From an uncultured Candidatus Binatia bacterium (GTDB lineage Bacteria > Desulfobacterota > Binatia > HRBIN30), in contig CAZCGA010000013.1 of assembly GCA_964498075.1 (NCBI GenBank), positions 8,665 to 72,664 of the forward strand: a stretch of 64,000 nt of DNA, in the 5' to 3' direction. The notes beneath the pieces were generated by a model. That model was not told where the DNA came from and ran no database searches. It worked only from the letters and a program-made list of their open reading frames with translations. Positions 19,883 to 28,395 of this stretch are shown in pieces. How positions within the stretch are numbered: position 1 is the stretch's first letter; each line of letters begins with the position of its first letter. Made by a program: the position numbers and the translations under genes.

Positions 19883-20386
19883 GTGATGCGTCCCGACATT
19901 GGCGATCTCATCCAAGGGATCAAACGGACATTGACCGAAGAGATCCTGCCCACGGTCAGCAGTGACTTTGCGCGCGAGCAGCTCGCCTACACCTTATTCC
20001 TCTGCGAGCACCTGGCGACGCGATGGGACCGGGCGCACATCTCCACGGCTGAGGAGCACGCCGACCTGCGTGCGACGCTGACGGCCGCGGTGGAGATCGG
20101 ACGCCGCGCCGGCGCCGCGCCGCCCGGTGTACATGCGATCCTCGACGCGACCGCGGTCGTACTGGCTGCCGAAGAGGCGGCAGGTCCGCGGCCGCTCAGT
20201 GTCACGACAGCCTCCGTCACCGATCTCAAGCGGGCGCTCGTCCGCATTCTCGACGCCTGCGCGACTGCGGAAGCCGCAGCAATCGATGCGTGCGCCGAGA
20301 TCCGCGACACGCTCCGGGGGTTCATGAAGCGGCAGCTGGTTCGCGATGAGGAGTGGGTCAACACCGCACAGATCGGGTGGTGGTAG
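19883..20386 (+). CDS. Hypothetical helical protein
   Basis: Tightly spaced after the phosphotransferase gene (4 nt). I recognise no motif. Confidence 0.4.
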   Translation: MMRPDIGDLIQGIKRTLTEEILPTVSSDFAREQLAYTLFLCEHLATRWDRAHISTAEEHADLRATLTAAVEIGRRAGAAPPGVHAILDATAVVLAAEEAAGPRPLSVTTASVTDLKRALVRILDACATAEAAAIDACAEIRDTLRGFMKRQLVRDEEWVNTAQIGWW

Positions 20387-20402
20387 ACGCCGGACTAAAC
20401 CA

Positions 20403-21770
20403 ATGGCACGCCCTACACACGGTGATCCCGCAACTCTCTATCGCGCCAAGCACAAGACGCTGCGCGAGGCGGTCGATCTGATTCGTCGGGACGACACGCT
20501 GGCCGCACCCATTGCCACGGGACAGCCGGCGGCGTTTCTTGGCGCGCTTGGGGAGCGCAGCGACTACAACGGTCTCACGATCTTCACGGGTCTGCTCATC
20601 GAGCCCTACGCGGTGTTCCAGCAACCGGGGGTGCGCCTGATCAGCGGCTTTTACGGACCGATCGATCGGATGCTGAAGTCGGCCGGCGCCAACGTGCAGT
20701 ACCTGCCCGCGGATTTTCTCGGCTGGGAGCGCTACGCGCTCCTGTCGCGGCCGCGCGTCGTCGTCTCCGCGTTGGCGCCGATGGATGAACGCGGCTTCCT
20801 CAGCTTCGGGCTGCACGCCGGCGCATCGTTCAACGCTTTCATGGAGGCGGCACGCGACCCGCACCGATTGGCGATCGGCGAAATCAATCGTGGTATGCCG
20901 ACCGTGTTGGGGCTCGGACGACTCGGCGGGCATCGCATCCACATCTCGGAGATCGACTGCGTCGTCGAGTCGGACCGCCCGGTCTTCGAGCTTCCGGAGG
21001 TCCCGATGACGGACGAGGACCGCGCCATCGCCCAGCATGTGGAGCGACTGATCGAGGACGGGGCGACGCTACAGATCGGCATCGGCTCGATTCCCAACAG
21101 CGTGGCGCAGCTGCTGGCGGACGGGAAGAAGGGCGACTTCGGGATCCATACCGAGATGCTGGTGGACGGCATCATGCGGCTGCACCAGGCGGGCAAGGTG
21201 ACCAATCACAAGGGCGTCTACGACGGCTTCTCCGTCGCCACGTTCGGCGCCGGCAGCAAGCAGCTCTACGAGTGGATGGATCACAACCCCGAGGTGCGCA
21301 TGCTGCCGGTCGCCGCGGTCAACGATCCGGCCATCATCCGGCGCAACCGGCGCATGGTCAGCATCAACGGCGCGCTGGCGATCGACCTGTCCGGCCAGGT
21401 CATGGCCGACACCATCGGGCAGCGGCAGTACTCGGGTGTCGGCGGACACGAGCTGTTCGTCATCGGCGCGCACGACAGCCACGAAGGCCGTAGCATCATC
21501 TGTCTGCACTCCACGGCAACCGTCGGCGGCAAACGACTCTCCAGTATCGTCGCCAGCCTGCCGTTGGGGACACCGGTGACGACGCCGCGGCATCACGTGC
21601 AGTTCGTCATCACCGAGTACGGCGTTGCCAATCTCGGTATGCTCACCGACACGGAGCGCGCGCGAGCGTTGGTCGAGGTCGCGCACACGGACTTCCGGGA
21701 GGAGCTGCGCGCCGCGGCCCGCGAAGGCTACCCTCTCCCAAGCGACGACTCTTGCGGTACGCATGCGTGA
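20403..21770 (+). CDS. Acetyl-CoA hydrolase/transferase family protein (4-hydroxybutyrate CoA-transferase-like)
   Basis: Start is the ATG at 20403 ('MARPTHGD...'). 'LQIGIGSIPNSV', 'GIHTEML' and 'YSGVGGHELF' match the family. Confidence 0.85.
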   Translation: MARPTHGDPATLYRAKHKTLREAVDLIRRDDTLAAPIATGQPAAFLGALGERSDYNGLTIFTGLLIEPYAVFQQPGVRLISGFYGPIDRMLKSAGANVQYLPADFLGWERYALLSRPRVVVSALAPMDERGFLSFGLHAGASFNAFMEAARDPHRLAIGEINRGMPTVLGLGRLGGHRIHISEIDCVVESDRPVFELPEVPMTDEDRAIAQHVERLIEDGATLQIGIGSIPNSVAQLLADGKKGDFGIHTEMLVDGIMRLHQAGKVTNHKGVYDGFSVATFGAGSKQLYEWMDHNPEVRMLPVAAVNDPAIIRRNRRMVSINGALAIDLSGQVMADTIGQRQYSGVGGHELFVIGAHDSHEGRSIICLHSTATVGGKRLSSIVASLPLGTPVTTPRHHVQFVITEYGVANLGMLTDTERARALVEVAHTDFREELRAAAREGYPLPSDDSCGTHA

Positions 21771-22557
21771 CGTCATCGACATGTGGGGCAACACGCGGAT
21801 GGTCGTGCTCACGGCGATGAGCGCGTCGCTGTACGCAGCGATTCTGATCCCCTTCAAGGTGCTGCCCATCATTCCGGGCGTCACCGAGTTCCGGCCGGCG
21901 AACGCGGTCCCGGTGGTGTGCTCGTTCCTGTTCGGCCCCGCAGGCGCATGGGGCGCAGCGATCGGCAACGTCATCGGCGACTTCTTCGGTGGCATCGGCC
22001 CGGGCGATCTCTTCGGCTTCGCCGGCAACTTCATGTACGGTCTCATCCCATACAAGGCGTGGGAAGCGCTGACCGACGCCGATCCGGTGCCGCACACGCT
22101 GCCGGCGTGGATCGCGTTCGTCGCGGTGGTGCTGTTGTCGAGCGCCGCGTGCGCCTTGACCGTCGCGTGGGGCATCAACCTGCTCGGCTTCGTGCCGTTC
22201 TCCGTGCTCGCCAACATCATCCTGATCAACAACTTTGTGGTCGCCGTCGTGCTGACGCCGTTTCTGCTCGCGGTGATGTATCCGCGCGTCAAGCGCGCCC
22301 GGCTCCTGTACCGCGACGTGCTGCGGCGACCCGCGGAACGCACCCCGCGACGTCGCGCGTTGAGTCGCTTCGGGTTGTTGCTGGTGGTGGTGGCAACGCT
22401 GGGGGGAATGGTCGCGGGCAACCTGCTGTCGACCGGCCGTCTCAACGTGCCGTTCTTTGCCCCGGCCGCTATGGCGAACGCCACGCACAACGCGGATGTG
22501 GGCTTCGGCTTGCTCCCGCTGATCGCGCTGCTGCTCATCGGCGTCGCTCTGATGTAG
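21763..22557 (+). CDS. ECF transporter S (substrate-capture) component, QueT-like
   Basis: The ATG at 21763 overlaps the upstream stop (ATGCGTGA). The protein is hydrophobic: 'MVVLTAMSASLYAAILIPFKV...FRPANAVPVVCSFLFGPAGAWGAAIGNVIGDF'. It is followed directly by the EcfA and EcfT genes. Confidence 0.6.
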   Translation: MRDVIDMWGNTRMVVLTAMSASLYAAILIPFKVLPIIPGVTEFRPANAVPVVCSFLFGPAGAWGAAIGNVIGDFFGGIGPGDLFGFAGNFMYGLIPYKAWEALTDADPVPHTLPAWIAFVAVVLLSSAACALTVAWGINLLGFVPFSVLANIILINNFVVAVVLTPFLLAVMYPRVKRARLLYRDVLRRPAERTPRRRALSRFGLLLVVVATLGGMVAGNLLSTGRLNVPFFAPAAMANATHNADVGFGLLPLIALLLIGVALM

Positions 22558-22558
22558 C

Positions 22559-24400
22559 GTGCTGCGCGCCGGTCTCACGGAGGCCATTCGCCTCCAGCAG
22601 GTGTCCTTCAGTTATCCGCACCAGCCAGGCGCTGCGCTGCGCGATGTCTCGCTCAGCGTCGGACACGGCGAAATGATCGTCGTGATGGGCGCGACCGGCG
22701 CCGGGAAGACCACACTCGCCAAGTGCCTCAACCGGACCATTCCCGCGTTCCAGCCGGGAGCGCTCAGCGGCGAAGTCTGCATCGCCGGTCGTGTGCTGCG
22801 CGACGAGGGGGTTGCGGAGTTGGCCGGCATCGTCGGGCTGGTCTCGCAGGATTTCGAAGCGCAGCTCTTCGCCACCAATGTGTTGCAAGAGGTCGTCTTC
22901 GGTATGGAGCAGCTCGGTGTGCCGGCCGACGAGATGCGACGGCGCGTGCCGGCGGCGTTACACGCCGTCGGGTTGCAGGGGTTCGAGGGCCGCGACCCGG
23001 CGACGTTGTCGGGTGGCGAGAAGCAGCGTCTGGCAATCGCGGCGACCTTGGCGCTGCAGCCGCAGATCCTCGTCTTCGATGAGCCCACCACCGACTTGGA
23101 CCCGCTCGGCAAGCTGGAGATCTTCGAGGTGCTCGCCGGCATGCGGCGCGCCGGCTACACGCTGGTGGTGATCGAGCACGAGACCGCGGCGGCCGAGAAG
23201 GCGGATCGGGTGATCGTGATGAGTGGCGGCCGGATCGTCGCCGACGACGTTCCCGCACGCGTGTTGGCGCGCGTGGACTTTCTGCACGAGCACGGCGTGC
23301 GCCCACCCGACCTGAGTCGGCTCGGAGCCCGGCTCGGATTGAGCCCACCGCCGCGTTCGCTGGACGAGGCTGAAGCGGCGGTGCGGGGATTGGGGGTTCT
23401 TCCCGCTCCGTTGGACCAACCTTCCCCTAGCCCCCTCCTTGGTAAGGAGACTGTCGATTTTCTCGCAAACAGTGCTTCGACAAGCTCAGCACGAGCGGTT
23501 GGGGATTCAATTTCAAAGAAGAATTCCGCTCACCCTGAGCTTGTCGAAGGGTCTGCCTCGCGTTTATCGACAGTCTCTAAGGAGGGGGGACAGGCAACGG
23601 CTCTCGTGCAAGCCGAGGCCATCGAGTTCCGCTACGACTCCGGGACGCCGGCGCTGCGCGGCGTATCGATGCGCATTGAGCCCGGCGAGTTCCTGGCGTT
23701 GATCGGTCAGAACGGCTCGGGAAAGACGACGCTGGCAAAGCACCTGAACGGGCTCTTGCGACCGCGCAGTGGGAGCGTCCGGCTGCACGGTGCCGATATC
23801 AGTACGCTGCCCCTCAACCGCGTCGCCGGCGACGTTGGGTACGTCTTTCAAAACCCCGATCATCAGATCTTTGCGGCCACGGTGTTCGATGAAGTCGCCT
23901 TTGGACCGCGTAATTTCGGTCTCGCGCCCGCGGAGATCGACGAGCGCGTGCAGGCCGCACTGCATGCGGTGGGGTTGGTCGACTGCGAGCAGGACGATCC
24001 GTTCCTCTTGAGCAAGGGACATCGGCAGCGTCTGGCCGTCGCGTCGTTGCTGGCGCTACGACCGCTGCTGCTCATTCTCGATGAGCCGACGACCGGTCTG
24101 GACTACCTGGAGCAGCGTCACATGATGGAGCTGCTCGGCCGACTGCATGCGCAGGGCATGGCCATCGTCATCATCACGCACAGCCCGTGGGTGGTTGCGG
24201 AGTACGCGCAGCGCGGTGTGTTGATGGGCGAGGGGCGCATTCTGTTCGATGGCCCGCTGCGCGCGCTCTTCGCGCAAGAGGCCTTGCTGCAGCAATCGCA
24301 CTTCCGCGCCCCCGACGTGACGCGTCTCGGTCGCCGCTTCGGATTCACGCCGTTGTCGGTCGAAGAGTTCATTGCGGCAATTGGAGGTCGGACAAGCTGA
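22559..24400 (+). CDS. Fused EcfA1-EcfA2 ABC ATPase (two nucleotide-binding domains)
   Basis: Walker A 'GATGAGKTT' and 'GQNGSGKTT'. Signatures 'LSGGEKQRLAIA' and 'LSKGHRQRLAVA'. Walker B 'LVFDEPTTDLD' and 'LILDEPTTGLD'. The interdomain linker contains a 159-bp palindromic element (separate feature). Confidence 0.85.
   Translation: MLRAGLTEAIRLQQVSFSYPHQPGAALRDVSLSVGHGEMIVVMGATGAGKTTLAKCLNRTIPAFQPGALSGEVCIAGRVLRDEGVAELAGIVGLVSQDFEAQLFATNVLQEVVFGMEQLGVPADEMRRRVPAALHAVGLQGFEGRDPATLSGGEKQRLAIAATLALQPQILVFDEPTTDLDPLGKLEIFEVLAGMRRAGYTLVVIEHETAAAEKADRVIVMSGGRIVADDVPARVLARVDFLHEHGVRPPDLSRLGARLGLSPPPRSLDEAEAAVRGLGVLPAPLDQPSPSPLLGKETVDFLANSASTSSARAVGDSISKKNSAHPELVEGSASRLSTVSKEGGQATALVQAEAIEFRYDSGTPALRGVSMRIEPGEFLALIGQNGSGKTTLAKHLNGLLRPRSGSVRLHGADISTLPLNRVAGDVGYVFQNPDHQIFAATVFDEVAFGPRNFGLAPAEIDERVQAALHAVGLVDCEQDDPFLLSKGHRQRLAVASLLALRPLLLILDEPTTGLDYLEQRHMMELLGRLHAQGMAIVIITHSPWVVAEYAQRGVLMGEGRILFDGPLRALFAQEALLQQSHFRAPDVTRLGRRFGFTPLSVEEFIAAIGGRTS
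23431..23589. repeat. Nested-palindrome (MITE-like) element, 159 bp, in frame inside ecfA
   Basis: Terminal inverted repeats are 'ccccctccttggtaaggagactgtcgat' (23431-23458) and 'atcgacagtctctaaggagggggg' (23566-23589). The inner palindrome is 'gcttcgacaagctcagcacgagcgg' / 'ccgctcaccctgagcttgtcgaagg'. Confidence 0.8.
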
Positions 24401-24428
24401 CCGCTGAGAGCTGACCGCTGAGAGCTGA
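24396..24428. repeat. Tandem 14-nt repeat (2.4 copies of gctgaccgctgaga) in the ecfA-ecfT spacer
   Basis: Read directly. The ecfA stop codon lies in unit 1. The reverse complement 'tctcagcggtcagc' resembles the 'actcagctgtcagc' core of the repeats at 38393 and 39536. Confidence 0.8.
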
Positions 24429-24433
24429 AACCC

Positions 24434-25219
24434 ATGCCCCTCTTTCTCTACATCGATCGCACCACCTTCCTGCACCGGCTCAACCCGATCGTGAAGGTGC
24501 TGGGCATGGTTTGCTTCTTCGTCGCCGCGTTTGTGAGCCAGCGTCCGAGCGTCGTGTTGCCGGTGGCCGCCGGCATCGCGGTGCTCGTCGTCCTGGCCGG
24601 AGCGTTGCCGAACGTGCGCCGGCTGCGGCTGCTCTTCGTGATGGTCTTCATGATGACGTTCATCATCTGGAGCCTGTTCTATCGCGGTGGTGTCCCGCTG
24701 TTCGCCTGGGGGCCGATCGGTGTCAGCGTCGAAGGGATGCACTTCGCGCTGGGCATGGCGATCAAGCTCGCCACTTTCCTCGGTGTGGGCACGCTCTTCC
24801 TGTCGACGACGAAGATCGAGGAGTTCGCCTACGCGCTGACGCGCGTCGGGATGCCCTACAAGCTGGGCTTCACCATGACGCTGGCGTTCCGGCTCGTGCC
24901 GGTCTTTCTTGACGCCGCCGTCACCGTCGTGCAAGCGCAGCGTTGTCGCGGCTTCAGCTTCGACGAGGGCAATCTCTGGCAGCGGATGCGGCGTTACGTG
25001 CCGGTGATCGTGCCGGTGTTCATGGGCGCGTTGCGGCGCGCCGACGGCATGGCGATGGCGCTCGAAGCCCGCGGCTTCCAATCATCGCATCCGCGCACCA
25101 GCTTCGAGCACTACCGCTTCGGCGCCAGCGATGCCGTCGCGTTGCTCCTCGCCGTGGCGGTGGCAGGTCTCTACGTCCTCCTGTGGCACAGCGGCTACAC
25201 GGCGGTGGCGGCGGCGTAG
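24434..25219 (+). CDS. ECF transporter transmembrane (T) component, EcfT/CbiQ family
   Basis: 261-aa polytopic protein following the ATPase. 'LAFRLVPVFLDAAVTVVQAQRCRG' and 'ADGMAMALEARGF' are the conserved Ala-Arg-Gly coupling-helix motifs. Confidence 0.8.
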   Translation: MPLFLYIDRTTFLHRLNPIVKVLGMVCFFVAAFVSQRPSVVLPVAAGIAVLVVLAGALPNVRRLRLLFVMVFMMTFIIWSLFYRGGVPLFAWGPIGVSVEGMHFALGMAIKLATFLGVGTLFLSTTKIEEFAYALTRVGMPYKLGFTMTLAFRLVPVFLDAAVTVVQAQRCRGFSFDEGNLWQRMRRYVPVIVPVFMGALRRADGMAMALEARGFQSSHPRTSFEHYRFGASDAVALLLAVAVAGLYVLLWHSGYTAVAAA

Positions 25220-25400
25220 GAATTGAGAGGCTTCGAGCGCCTCCTCATGGAAGACGACCTTCATCGGCGCAAGGCATTGCGGGCCTTGGCAAAGGCTTCC
25301 TCTGCTGGCACCCCTGCGTCTTGCCAGATCGCAATTCTTCGAGACGACGCTCCGCCTCGGCGAGCCACAGCTCTTCGACGTCCGCCTTGCCACCACGTTC
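25219..25400 (-). pseudogene. Decayed toxin-antitoxin remnant (addiction-module antitoxin C-terminus, frameshifted, plus first ~15 codons of a RelE/ParE-like toxin)
   Basis: The minus strand reads '...ADVEELWLAEAERRLEELRSGKTQG'. After a 1-nt shift in a G-run it reads 'VPAEEAFAKARNALRR*'. An overlapping ATGA starts 'MKVVFHEEALE...', which then runs into the ecfT 3' end. Confidence 0.4.
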
Positions 25401-25410
25401 GGCCTCGCGC

Positions 25411-25614
25411 CTACGTTCGACCCACCACTTCCTGATACGAGAACTCCTGCAGGCGCGCGTTCGTGCGCGCATGCTCAATGGTCATGCTCACGAGGTTCCC
25501 TTGGCGGTCGAGATCGACGTAGATGTTCTCGCTGATCTCCTTGGTTTCAGCGACCTCGTTGTCGGTGAACTCCATGAGGGCAGTGTCCGTGTCCGGGAAG
25601 TACTTGACTCTCAT
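25411..25614 (-). CDS. DUF2283-family small protein (putative antitoxin partner)
   Basis: 'MRVKYFPDTDTALMEFTDNEVAETKEISENIYVDLDRQGNLVSMTIEHA' matches the DUF2283 pattern. The ATGA overlaps the upstream gene. Confidence 0.7.
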   Translation of the reverse strand: MRVKYFPDTDTALMEFTDNEVAETKEISENIYVDLDRQGNLVSMTIEHARTNARLQEFSYQEVVGRT

Positions 25615-25874
25615 CTCTTGCTCTCCTTGAACGACCTGTCGAAGAACGCATTGTGCACTGTCTGGCCATCCTCCAACAGAATGACCCGCAGGAACTTTCC
25701 CGTCTCGGCGATTCGTGCCCACTTGCGTATACGTCCGTCCGACTGGACCTCGGTCTTCTCTGTGTGATCCGGCACGTGGCTGATCCATTCATCGCGGATC
25801 GTAGCGCGGTCCGGCCGCTTGCGCACGTGCTCAAAGTACTGCGTCGTCTTCACCACCATTCTCACGTCCGGCAC
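25611..25874 (-). CDS. DUF4258-like small protein (putative toxin partner)
   Basis: 87 aa; '...GKFLRVILLEDGQTVHNAFFDR'. Translationally coupled to the DUF2283 gene. Confidence 0.5.
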   Translation of the reverse strand: MPDVRMVVKTTQYFEHVRKRPDRATIRDEWISHVPDHTEKTEVQSDGRIRKWARIAETGKFLRVILLEDGQTVHNAFFDRSFKESKR

Positions 25875-26059
25875 GCTTGTGGGCCAACGACTCGCGCTTG
25901 AGCGGCCGGCGCAGAAACGCTGACGACGAGCAATCGAGTCTTGAGCCGGCCGGCTCGAAGCGCTTGATCCTCATCAAGGCCTCCTCCCCGTCTGCCCGGC
26001 GGGGTACGGTGGCTGTAACCCACAACGACCTCCCCACCGGGGAGAGAGGAGGAGCCTTG

Positions 26060-26704
26060 ATGAACTTCTACACACAGCAACACCGACACTACTGCGGAAT
26101 CGATTTGCATGCACGCGCCATGTACGTGTGCATCCTCGATTCCGCAGGCACCGTGCTGGTGCACCGCGACCTGAGCACGACACCCGACGCCTTCCTGCAG
26201 GTGGTGGCGCCCTACCGCGCGGACCTCGTGGTCGCCGTCGAGTGCATGTTCACGTGGTACTGGCTGGCGGATCTGTGCGCGCGCGAAGGGATCGCCTTCG
26301 TGCTCGGGCACGCGCTCTACATGAAAGCGATCCACGGTGGCAAGGCGAAGAACGATCGGATCGACGCCCACAAGGCCGCGGTGCTGCTGCGCGGGAGCAT
26401 GCTGCCGCAGGCGTACGTGTACCCGGCGGCGCTGCGCGCCACCCGCGACCTGCTGCGCCGACGCTGCCACCTCACGCGCAAGCGCGCCGAGCTGCTGGCC
26501 CACATCCAGAACACCACCAGCCAGTACAATCTGCCCGCGCTGGGGAAAAAGATCGCCTACAAGGCCAATCGCGCCGGCGTCGCCGAACGCTTTGCAGATC
26601 CCAGCGTCCGCACGAGCATCGCGCTGGACCTGGCCCTGATCGACCACTACGACACGCTGCTGACCGCGGTCGAGCTCACCATCATCCGCGCCTACTGTCG
26701 ATGA
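26060..26704 (+). mobile_element. IS110-family transposase gene, 3'-truncated (N-terminal DEDD domain only)
   Basis: The ATG at 26060 follows the RBS 'ggagagaggagg'. 'YCGIDLHARAMYVCILDSAGTVL', 'VAVECMFTWYWLADL' and 'KNDRIDA' are present. The ORF stops after ~214 aa with no Transposase_20/HhH C-terminal domain in any frame downstream. Confidence 0.7.
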
Positions 26705-27136
26705 CCTTTCGATGCGCAACTCAATGCTTGCCTCCCAGACGTGCTTCCCACCTCCGCGTCGATACGAAGCGCATCCCGCTTGCTATCGCCCGATCCGATG
26801 GTCGGCCTGTGCCCTGGCTTGCCTGCGTGACCATGACCTGCCTCTGGCGATGCGACGCGAAGCTAGCGCGAGCGCCGATCAGACGTCAAGACCGTTCGAG
26901 GCCTGCACACCCGGCTCAGACACGCGAGATCCATCTCGTGGCGGACGCCTGGTTTCTGCGTCGGTCGGCTCCTTTCTTTTACACCTCCCGCGCCGGCTGT
27001 TAACCGAAGGAAACACAGTGCGCTGGGCGCACCGGCGCCGCTCTCCACGTCCGTGCTCACGCGGCGTGGCACCGACTGTGCTCACACGTTTCGCTGCACA
27101 AGCGAGTCGAACCGAGAAATCAGCGGAGGAGCAACC

Positions 27137-27646
27137 ATGGCGATTCGAAAGAGCGTGTCGTCTCTCAGCACCGCGAAGCTGACCCAGCTGCGGGCGCTAC
27201 TCGACAAGTACATCAGCAAGCCAACCGACAACCCTGTCGCCGAGCACAAGGCGGCGGGCCAGGATCCTTCCCTCATGATTCATGACATGGGGTTCATCGC
27301 CTGGCACCAGCACTTCGTCGCCAAGCTCGAGAACTGGCTGGTCATGAATGGCGGCGAAAAGTTCGTGCCGCTGCCGTATTGGGATCCCGCGAAGCCGATC
27401 CCAGCGGCGCTGAACAAAGGCAACACCGCGGTGAACCTGCCGTTGCCGGCAAGCCTCAAGCCGGCCGCGCTCAAGAAGATCAAGGGGTACGCGGCGCTCA
27501 CCAAGCGCATGGTGCCGTATCACAACAGCGTGCACAACGCCGCCGGGGGGCAGATGCCGAACGCGGATACCTCGCCATCGGATCCGATCTTCTGGCCCTT
27601 TCACGCCCTCTTGGTCGCGGTCTACGAACGCTGGCGCAATGGGTAG
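27137..27646 (+). CDS. Minimal tyrosinase-like type-3 copper protein (169 aa)
   Basis: RBS 'ggagga'. CuA-like segment 'IHDMGFIAWHQHFVAKLENW'. CuB-like segment 'YHNSVHNAAGGQM...DPIFWPFHALLVAVYERW'. Confidence 0.65.
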   Translation: MAIRKSVSSLSTAKLTQLRALLDKYISKPTDNPVAEHKAAGQDPSLMIHDMGFIAWHQHFVAKLENWLVMNGGEKFVPLPYWDPAKPIPAALNKGNTAVNLPLPASLKPAALKKIKGYAALTKRMVPYHNSVHNAAGGQMPNADTSPSDPIFWPFHALLVAVYERWRNG

Positions 27647-27674
27647 CCGGGCGCGCTGAGAAGGGAAGTGTTGC

Positions 27675-28395
27675 ATGGCCACGATAGAGTTCTGGATTCA
27701 GCTCGAGAACAACCCGTGGGACATCTGTCCGAGCGGAAAAGACCGGATGAGCGGCATGGACGTCAAAGACCTTCGCGGCGGGAAGCCGCCGGAGACGAAC
27801 GTGACGCTGCGATCACCGGTGACGGGTCTCACCCGCACCGTTGCGCAGATGTTCCAGCCCGTGCGAGACGAGAACGGCAAGGTCACCGATGCGCTCATCC
27901 TGCGCCGTTACACCGCGAGCTGGGCGGCACCGGACGATCGTAAAAGTAAATCCATGGGACCTGAACGAGCACGACCCGACCGACAATGGAACGATGGGGA
28001 CAATCCCTGGGCCGGTGATCGAGTGCAACGTCGGCGATCAGGTGATCGTCCACTTCCGCAACATGGACAACCGGACCCAGCCGGTGACCAAGACCATTCA
28101 GTTGCACCTGCCGTTACGCGGCGGGGGCACTACGACGGTTCCGTGGCCGGTCACGCTCGACGAACCCCTCCCGGTTGAGAGCCGCGCGCATAGCCTGCAT
28201 CCGCACGGCTTCGTCTTCGCGCCGGCGCACGATGGTGCGTACCCGCTTTCCCCACCCGACACGACGGATGATCCGCTGAATCCCGGACAGAAGCTGAATC
28301 CCATCGCGCCAAGAAGGGGAGCAAGTACGTCGAGACTGAGCGCTTGTAGCGGCGCAACGCAGTCGAGGCGTGCGCATCGTGACCGAGGACGTTGA
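27675..28395 (+). pseudogene. Ceruloplasmin-like multicopper-oxidase cupredoxin domain gene, frameshifted
   Basis: The N-terminal part 'IEFWIQLENNPWDICPSGKDRMSG' (frame of 27675) continues as 'NPWDLNEHD...GTIPGPVIECNVGDQVIVHFRN...HSLHPHG' in the frame of 27841. The switch needs removal of one A from the a4 run at 27942-27945. Confidence 0.55.

Noticed and set aside
21069-22538. 489-aa minus-strand ORF.
   Set aside because: It lies antisense to the CoA-transferase 3' end and the ECF S-component, and it has no motifs.
22559-24400. The idea that ecfA is really two genes with the palindromic element as an intergenic spacer.
   Set aside because: The frame is continuous (no stop) through 23431-23589 and the element is exactly 159 bp long. 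I therefore keep it as one fused CDS, while flagging it for resequencing.
24396-24428. The short direct repeats as a possible CRISPR array.
   Set aside because: There are only 2.4 contiguous 14-nt units, no spacers and no cas genes.
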